DNA of 64,000 bases. Origin: Eledone cirrhosa (Eukaryota). Positions 54,825 through 64,000 of the stretch are shown here, piece after piece (position 1 is the first letter of the stretch; the number at the start of each line of letters is the position of its first letter). The notes below the pieces were generated by a model. That model was not told where the DNA came from, did no database searches, and saw nothing but the letters and a program-made list of their open reading frames with translations. The stretch is from contig OZ024740.1 in NCBI GenBank assembly GCA_964016885.1, forward strand, positions 274,784,001 through 274,848,000, written 5' to 3'. The position numbers and the translations under genes were made by a program.

Positions 54825-54972
54825 ATATATATGTGTGTAGTTGTATATATGTATGTGTATGTATGGATGTGTTGATATTTATGTGCGTATGTGTATGTGT
54901 GTATTTATATACACATATATATGTGTATATGTGTGTGTGTATGTATGTATGAGTGTATGTATATATATATAT

Positions 54973-56349
54973 ATTGTTATACTTGGGGAGGGTCATATTT
55001 GTGTAATATTGCCAGAATTAATAACAGAACACACTCACTGTTTGGTTGGTTTTCGGTTCTGTGTCTTTTGTATCGGTAATCTAATTTATTCGGTCCCCAA
55101 TGTTACCATTGACTGACCAACGGTCAAAATTACAGATACAATATAGACACAAACACATATATATAGTTTATCAAAGTTCTTTCGTTGCAAATCTGCAACA
55201 TCGTCACTGGTGCTATTATCTTTCCTCCCGTTGCATTGTATTTTCTACGCCATCTTTATTTAGTCTGTTTATATATTTATTTATTTGTTTATTTTATCTT
55301 GTCTTCTTTGCGCATGCATTTGCGTGTGTGTATAGTGTTTTGTTTGATGTGTGTTCGTGATTGGGTGACTGTGTATTGGTTAATGTATTCTATCTTTACT
55401 AGTGTGTGTTTATATGGGTTTGTTGTTATTGTGATTGTGTATGTATTTATTTATTTATCTATTTATTTATTTATACTTCTCTTAGGTCAGTGTTGTTTGT
55501 TTGGGTGTTGTTGTTATTCCATTCATTCTTTCTGTTTAGCCTTGGCCTTCTAAGTTCTATTTGACTGGCCTCTCTGATTTGCCTATCTGCTGGGTCATTT
55601 CTATGTTTAGATATTATTCTAATTTCTATGTTGTCTATGTTACCATCGTGTTGTTGTCTGGCATGTTCGTATAGTACTGATTTTTCGTCCTTTTAGTTCC
55701 CCCCAGTGTTGGTCTATCTTTTCACCTATGCTACGAGCTGTCTCGCCTATGTATGTTGTTGTCATGTTTCTGCAAGTACCCTCTGTACATCTTATGCTAT
55801 AGACTACGTTTCTAGTTTTACAGTTTATCCGGGGGTTTACCTTACATATGATACATTTCCTATTGGTACAGTGGGTTTTCTTAAAAGGGTAGGTTTTGCT
55901 GATCAGGGATTCTATGGTGGTTCCTGGCTTTTCTACCACCTTAATCTTTAAGTGGGTCTTTCTCAGGGCATTTCTACACTGGTTAGCTAATTTCCCTCCA
56001 GGAGTAGCGTCCACAAATATAACACTCTGATATCTCTGGTTGTCGTACCATGAGGTGGCTTTCCCTATCTTATATCTAGTCCTAACTAAGCTATTCCATG
56101 ATTTTCTCCTGTATAATGGGCAAATTCCTTTCATATCCAGTTCTATGAGGGTCTTATACTTCTCCGTGGCTTCTTCGTATACTCTCATTCTGTCTCTTTG
56201 GTTGTAGTCAGAGAACTGCATGCGGTTGATGAAGTGTTGGATGTGTCTTTCCATTTCTGTTGGGTCGCACATGCGTGACACGTTCTTCATCACTCGTACC
56301 AAGTCTGCGATCAGAATATTAAACTTAGCACTACTGGACATTGCTGAGT
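54973..56349 (-). mobile_element. 5'-truncated PLE (family 3) in (TA)n
   Basis: GIY-YIG-bearing ORF plus 3' UTR, TA tracts on both sides. Confidence 0.85.
55640..56341 (-). pseudogene. PLE thumb/linker plus GIY-YIG endonuclease fragment, frameshifted near its end
   Basis: SVIFVDATPGGKLA...IKVVEKPG...C..C..C...CKTRNVVYSIRC...YIGETARS. Confidence 0.85.
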
Positions 56350-56441
56350 ATATATATATATATATATATATATTGTTATACTTTGGGAGGGTCGTATTGC
56401 CAAATTCAGAAACGAAATATATATATATATATACATATATT

Positions 56442-56476
<35 letters not shown>

Positions 56477-56480
56477 ATAT

Positions 56481-57160
56481 ATAAATACATAATCGGAGAA
56501 AGCTAAAAGTGATACTCCGGCCAAATTCCAACTCACTCAAAAAACATTAGGAAATACCTGAGTATATTGCCAATTAAACGTTTGGGGTGCTAACTATATT
56601 GTATTGTGTGGATAATTGGCTGTATTATTTCATATGAGATATATCAAATATATCATTTCCCAGACGACTCGTTTCATTATAAGATTTTTACAAGTTGGGT
56701 GAAATTATAACAAGTTATGTAGAAGCTTATGTGGGCTCTTATAAATCTTCAGTGGGTACCCAATAATATTAATATTGATAACCAAATCAACATCAATATT
56801 TAGCGATAATCACCATCAGTGCTTGAGGGGACTTCTAGGTTGTTAGTCCAGCAGTTCTAAAGAAAATCTCACACTGTCCCGCAGGTCGTTGAACTCTGAT
56901 AAGAATTCAAGCCATGTGTTAAGAACTCAATTGGATATGAAAAAATAACCATATGTGCGCACCGCTTTATGACACATATAGATATTTTCTCGGACAAAAT
57001 AACAGAATGAGATACAAGAACAAACAATCAATATTCATCTAAAAATTAAACAAAGAGAGTCATACCTTATATCGGGAAAGTTCATATCTGTTGCTCCAAG
57101 AGTAAATATATAAATACATAATCGGAGAAAGCTAAAAGCGATACTCCGGCCAAATTCCAA
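56481..57160 (-). mobile_element. 630-bp non-coding HHR-bearing unit with a 50-bp terminal direct repeat (retrozyme-like, family E)
   Basis: taaatacataatcggagaaagctaaaag(t/c)gatactccggccaaattccaa at 56482 and 57111; TA flanks. Confidence 0.8.
56659..56756 (-). ncRNA. Type I hammerhead ribozyme, canonical core and GUC site
   Basis: Reverse complement: ccca-CTGAAGA-t ttataaga...tcttataa t-GAAA-cgagtcg-TC-tggg. Confidence 0.85.
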
Positions 57161-57185
57161 TATATATATATATATATATATATAT

Positions 57186-57583
57186 CATCATCATCATCAT
57201 CATCATCATCATTTTACATCAACTTTTCCCTGCTTGCAAGGGTGGGACGGGAACTGATTCTGGCTTGATTTCTACAGCTGGATGCCCTTTCTAACATCTA
57301 CCTCATTTACAGTGAGTGCTGGGTGCTTTTTTCCGTAGTGCCTACACGTTCATTTTACACTGTGGGCTGGGTGCTTTTTTGCCGTGGCACCTCCACGACC
57401 ACTTTGCAGTGGAATGATAGGGAACCCAGTCCCTATCATCTCATTTCTACAGCTGAGTAAACTGGAGCAATGTGAAATAAAGTGTCCTGCTCAAGGAAAC
57501 AACACATTACTCGGTCTGAGAATTGAACTCACAACCTTTCAATTGCAAGGCCAATGCTCTAACCACTAAGCCATGTGCCTCCA
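57186..57583 (-). mobile_element. SINE family 1
   Basis: Reverse-complement match to 26522-26872. Confidence 0.9.
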
Positions 57584-57905
57584 TATGTATGTATATATAC
57601 ATCAGTGGCGAAGTGTAACCTGGAAAGCAGGGCATGCAGTCCAATCGCCATGGCGGAAAGTGGGGCTGTGCAGCCTTACCCGCCCCCCGAATTCCCTCTA
57701 AATGACCTTCCCGGTCAAAGCCGCATGTAGTGTTATCTTGTGTGTGTGTTATCTTTTTTTGTGTTTATACGTTTTAGTAAGCAGCCAAAATTCTGCTTGC
57801 TTCAACCGACGCAATTGATCAACTCAAGATTCTATAACGCATGCACTGCATGTGTTGCATGCATGGACCCTTCACCCCTGATATATATATAGATATATGT
57901 ATATA

Positions 57906-58047
<142 letters not shown>

Positions 58048-58116
58048 CCCACCCTTGCAAGCAGGGAAAAGCGGACATAAAATGATGATGATGATGATGG
58101 TGATATATACATATAT

Positions 58117-59030
58117 TAGGAAGTGAGGTTTTTTTTACAAATTGAAAAATAACCGAGGTGTCCTATACGATTGAAAGTATAAGGAAAAAAGATGAAATCG
58201 AAAATGCAACTGGAGTCTTTTTTTTTTAATATATATATTTATTTGGTTCCTTTACCGGTTTCGCAGTTCTTCTGCTTTTAAAAAGTAGAATTGAGATGGA
58301 GGGTTTGTGGTTTTTCTCACATCTGGTTGGTCTTTGAATGTTACTTCTGTTTTATATGGAAAAAAGAGGCTCGAAATGCCAGGTTTTTAGAGAAGTAATT
58401 TGGTTGGTTGGTGAATAAGTATAATAAATTTCACCAGTTCACGTTACAAAGTCCTTATTATATTTGTCTTCAAACAAAGGGGGTGGGGCTCAGGTTGTTT
58501 TTCATATATGAGTGAAGTTTGGTTGGTTGATGCAGTCACATGAATAAGCACAGCATGTTTGAATTTCTTTTTACTTAAAAAAAGGTGGTTCAGGAAGGCT
58601 TTTTTTTTATAAATGTAATTTGATTGGTTATAAATGAAATTATGACTGTCACCTGAACAAGTACATTAAATTTTGCGCCCGTATTTGGGAATTTATTTTG
58701 TAGGCTTTTAGAGAAATTTGTGCCAAACAAAAGATAACGGTCAAGAAAAATGGGATGGGAGAATTGTTCTAGTTCAGTGAATATGGCTGGTGTGCTGGGG
58801 TGTCAGAATTCAGACTTTCTATTGAAATAAAGAAAGTAGAGATATGTATGTTTATTTGTGTGCTTGTGTGTGTGTGTGTGGGTAGGAAAATGATTCTAAT
58901 AGTAGAAATGGGGGAGGGATTTGTGTGTGTTTGTATGGGTGTTATGTGTGTGTGGGAGCATGGTTAGCATGTTAAGATGGAGAGAATATATATATTTTGT
59001 GTGTGTGTGTATATATATATGTAGAGGTTA
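58117..59030 (-). mobile_element. Family K non-coding insert in (TA)n with a degenerate HHR-like motif
   Basis: Reverse complement near 58248-58290: gcag aagaa ctgc-GAAA-ccgg-TA-aagg; the 5' core is degenerate. Confidence 0.5.
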
Positions 59031-59107
59031 TATTTAATTTGTTGGGATACAACAAGCAAAATATTTTTATAACTGATATAAAGCACTCACCAAATTATTG
59101 GAGTAAA

Positions 59108-59460
59108 TATACAATATATTAACAAATGGAAACTATATTTATAAAACCAAATTATTATTTCATTATACATATTTCAAGGGCCACCAGAGCAAACTATGGT
59201 GCGCTTTCATCAGATAAAATATAATATAGGTTAGTTTTATAAATAAACATTGACATACCCTTAAAAAATGCAACCATTCTGGTTGGAATCCAGAATGGTT
59301 GCATTTTTTAAGGGTATGTCAATATTTATTTATAAAACTAACTTATATTATATTTTATCTGATGAAAGCGCACGATAGTTTGCTCTGGTAGCCCTTGAAA
59401 TATGTATAATGAAATAAATATGGTTTTATAAATATAGTTTCCATTTGTTAATATATTGTA
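59108..59460. mobile_element. Near-perfect palindrome of family C carrying two hammerheads (59156-59221 minus, 59351-59416 plus)
   Basis: tattttat-CTGATGA-aagcgcac..gccctt-GAAA-tatgta-TA-atgaaata on both arms; centre ~59285. Confidence 0.85.
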
Positions 59461-59598
59461 TATATATATATATATATATTTGTATGTGTGTATTATAAAT
59501 GTACATCATATGCTGTATATATATATAATATACAGCATATGATGTACATTTATAATACACACATACAAATATATATATAATATATACATATATATATA

Positions 59599-59641
<43 letters not shown>

Positions 59642-59672
59642 ATATATATGTATATATATATATGTGTGTGTA

Positions 59673-59731
<59 letters not shown>

Positions 59732-61074
59732 ACCTATCAGTATTTCATAACAGTTAATCAAAGAAAAGGAATAATGGTTTAACACTGAGATGTTCATTGT
59801 ATGACTTATTTCAAATTTATATATAGAAGCTGCAAGTTGCGACATTCAGAAATATACAATATATTATAATATTTAACTCTGATAAATACAATGTATTGTG
59901 TATATAATTCACTTCTATATCAGAATATATATTTAGGTTTGCCATTTGATTTACTGATGATATAGTATGGCTTCGGGTTGAATTTATATCATATATCCAT
60001 CCATTTATATATATATGGAAAAAATATATGTAATAATTTGACAAAGAAACATTAAATTTTGAATTTTATCCTGTAAAATTTGAAATCTAAAATAAGTTTT
60101 CAATGAGTAAATGTGTTGTTAAAAGCTAGTTTTGCAGCCATGTAATTTTCAGTTTGATCCCACTTTGCAACACCACCTTGGGTAACCATTTTCTGAACTT
60201 AAATCAGGTGAGCCTTTTGAATGCAATTTAGTAGCTACTGTATATATGTTGTGGTGGGGAATTCGCAGAGTCATTAGAATATCAGACAAAATGCTTTGCA
60301 CTACGCATTCCAACTATATGCTCTCTGAGTTCAAATTTCGCCAAGGACATTGTTGCCTTCCCTTTATTTTCTGTCGATAATAAAGACAAAATACATTAAT
60401 TAAAAAATGTGTATATATAGAAGTATTGGCAGAGTCATTAGAATTTTTTGCAGCATTTGTTTTGGCTCTCTACTGAGGTTAACGTTGCCTTTCATCCATT
60501 CAAGATCGATAAAAAGTACCGGTTTAGTACTGTGGTCAGTTCTTCCTCTATATCTCTTTGTCACTTCCTTTCCCTCACTCTCTCTATCTTTCTCTGGAAT
60601 AAATCTGCTGTGTTCAGACCAGGAGAGGAGATGGGCTCAGCCAGGATTCAAAAATGCCTTAGAAATGCCCTATATTAATATGACACCTCTACCTCAGTTA
60701 TGGATCTATACATACATATATGTTTCTGTGTGTGTTCGGGTGATATTTTTTCACTAATAAATCAATCAAAGTTTATATTTATACAGATCAATCCATTACC
60801 GTTCCTTTTCATTTTATCATGTACAGCAATTGCTTTCTACTTAAAACAAAAGAATACCTTCAAAACTTGTTTGACATTTGCACCACAAGGAGCATTTTAA
60901 AAGAAAGCCCCACAAATGGATGCTGATAAGCTGTATGAAAATAAATCACTGCTATAAAATCTGCTGTATGTTTCTTTTCTGCAACAAAAAGCATTTTTGT
61001 ATCACATTCTGACAGGTGATAAATAATTGTTTCTACATTTGGCACAAGGCCAGCAATTACCCGAATTCCATACA

Positions 61075-61600
61075 AACATCGATGGCTTGCCACACATTGC
61101 TAGGACTGAGATGAAGCACCAAAACACTTTCTCACACTGAATCTATATCAAGAGAAAGCTATTGCAATTCTTTGAGAATCAGCAAATTGAATCATTCACT
61201 ACTATTTTTTGAATCCCAATAAAACCTTCATGGTTGAGAAAAAAAATACTCCAAGAACTGGCGCCTTTACTTCTCGTAATGATCAATTGAAAAAGAATAT
61301 TTTTTCTCCATGACAAAACCCAACATGTCTCACAAATGACTCTTAGCAATTGAATGGACTGCGAAATGAAACTCTACCTTAGCCAGCTTACTACAATCTC
61401 TTTTCAGCTGACTTACACTTTATCAGAAATCTCAATAAATTCAGCACAAGTTGCCTTCAACAAGTAAGTAGTAGCTCAAAACACCTTTGAAGACTTCATC
61501 AGTTACAGGATTTCAAAACTCTAGTGTATAGTGGTGTGTTTTTTATTGGCAACAACATGCAGAATCTAATGGTTATTATTTTAAGTAAACCTACTCACAG
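61075..61600 (+). mobile_element. Highly decayed mariner transposase remnant
   Basis: Fragments resembling LHDNA.PH and DY.LF..L; many disruptions. Confidence 0.4.
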
Positions 61601-62941
61601 CTGAGATATGTGGCTTTAAAGTTAGTGGTTAAAAGAGAAATTAGTATTGGTGAATACCAGTTAAATTTGTATAGTTTGATATTTTAATATAGTGCTTCTT
61701 GTGGAAATCCACAAATCATGCATAAAAAAAAAATGTGGGAGCCTTTGTATGGTTTATTAACCTGTTAGAAGTAGCAGTCAAATTTCTGTCAAATAAAACC
61801 TTCAATCTTAAAGAAATATATATATGACAGGAGCTTCAGTTAATTTTGGGATTAAAGGGAAGGAGCTTAAGTATATACACTGTATATGTGTATTATTATT
61901 AGCTCATGCTTTTCTATCACCAATGCAAGACTAAGAAAGAAATTAAAAACATGATGAAACTAACATATTTAGAGTCAATAGAAAATCAGTGTAGCAAAAA
62001 CGAAAGTTCAAGTATATTGAAGGGGCTTAAACCCTAAAAGCCCCTAAGTGCCGGAAGGCTTAAATGATCATAGCTTTATTTGATGAAAGTTGACCTAGGG
62101 CAATATGACAACAAAACTAATCTGAGTTACTTCACCTTATCCCTCCACTGCTCGTCTAGGAAATGCAAATATTTGGTTTTCTTTATCTGACTGAGCCATA
62201 AAAAAACACTGCAGAGATACACAGTTACAAGTACATATTTAGTAAATAATATTGCTTTCTAACTTTGGCATAAAGCTAAGATATATATATATATTTTTTT
62301 GTCTGATGTTTCTATGTGGGGTGGGGTGGAATTGGTTGCAAGCAATCGATCAGACCAAGTCCAGTAATTGACTAGTAATTAATTTATCGACCAGAGAAGG
62401 ATGAAAGGCAAAATTGCCTCTAGCGGGATTTGAACTAAAATCATAAAGAGACATAACTAAAGTACCGCGAGACATTTTGTCCAACTGCTCTAATTTAATA
62501 CATATAATATAAACTCCTTCATGTGGAAGTACATATAGATAAGATTACTGGCTTGGAAGAAGTATTAAAACACAAAACATTTTAAAATGGAAATAAATAA
62601 ATAAAATATAAAATCCTTTGAGAGTGTAATTGCTTAATGTCCACTCTTTAATTATAAAATATAGTAAAACATTATATACATTAAAAACAAAATAATATAT
62701 ACATACTCATCAGTTTTTCCTGTCTGAGAAACTGACTACATGTCGGAAAAATTCTAGAATAATAGGTTACTAGATTAGCCTTAATTAGCCCCCCACCCCC
62801 CACCCCACACACTCACACACTCACACAAATTAGTAAATGTAGAGGAAAGTCTTTTACTTTTACTAATATACCCATTTTGCATCATATCAAGTAACTACTT
62901 CTATGATTTGTGGTCTTCCCACTCCCAGTACCGCAGTTTAT

Positions 62942-63016
<75 letters not shown>

Positions 63017-63311
63017 CTATCAGACCTCATATATAGGTTCAATCAGACCGTCTTCTTTGGAAACAATGAAATTAGAATCCTTATTGGTAGTATATAAACA
63101 CATATATAGGCATATCATCATCATGATCATCATCGATTAACGTCCATCTTCCACGCTAGCATGGGTTAGACAGGTCCTATTTGAGGCAAATTGTGTTGGA
63201 TGACCGTATCTCACTCATATAGGGGTGTTTCTGGGTGGTTTTCTACGGCTGGATGCCCTTCCTAATGCCAACATATATTTATATATATATATATAGGATA
63301 GATATATATAT

Positions 63312-63439
<128 letters not shown>

Positions 63440-63612
63440 AGAGAGAGAGAGAGATAGAGAGATAGTGGGGGAGGGGAGCATGTATATTTAGAATTAGAAA
63501 ACAGCAAGCAGAATTTGAAATGGATTTAGAAGATCTCACTGTAATTTTGACTAAATAAAATAGTATCAACACACACAGATATACTGTATATATACATATA
63601 CAGAGTGGAGTG

Positions 63613-63775
63613 AAGGTGCATGACATAGTGGTTACATTACTTGGCTCTCAATTGCAAGGTTGTGAGTTTGATTTCCAGATAGCTTGGTGCATTATATATT
63701 TGAGCAAGACACTTTATTTCACACTACTTCAGTTTATTCAGCAAACAAAAAATATTTGTACCTGTAATTCAAGGA
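63613..63775 (+). mobile_element. Old SINE family 1-related head and core
   Basis: aggtgcatgacatagtggtt...aggttgtgagtttgatt...ttgagcaagacactttatttcac. Confidence 0.7.
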
Positions 63776-64000
63776 ACCACCCATTGTATCACACTGAATT
63801 TCCCTGAAGAATGCTCAGTCACTTACACGTTAATTTCACGAGTAGACAATTCTGTTGACTGAATTAACTGGAGCGCATGTCATTGGGAATGACAAAAGAC
63901 TAACTCCAGCAACAATATATGAATATATATGTTTGTGTGTGTATGTATACATATATGTATATATATATATATTTATATATATATATATACTATTCCCCAA

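Overview
AT-rich, microsatellite-saturated animal DNA with no recognisable host gene. The SINE repertoire and (TA)n/(TG)n density suggest a cephalopod such as octopus, but that is inference. Nearly all complex sequence is mobile-element derived. It includes three truncated Penelope-like element (PLE) RT/GIY-YIG coding fragments, RTE, CR1/L2-like and CRE-like LINE remnants, two tRNA-derived SINE families, a decayed mariner with MITEs, piggyBac-like MITEs and Helitron-like ends. The main signal is a set of inserts sitting inside (TA)n tracts. They comprise about 20 type-I hammerhead ribozyme (HHR) motifs from about 10 sequence families, fold-back inserts that pivot on HHR palindromes, and several non-coding ~580-630-nt units in head-to-tail arrays (retrozyme-like). 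One of these unit families (6881-7946 and 53559-54754) occurs as two strongly diverged subfamilies that keep covarying RNA helices but have no recognisable ribozyme. It is the best candidate for an undescribed structured mobile RNA. A 36 x 27-bp array of SINE-derived Pol III B-boxes is also present. All alignments and folds were done by eye.
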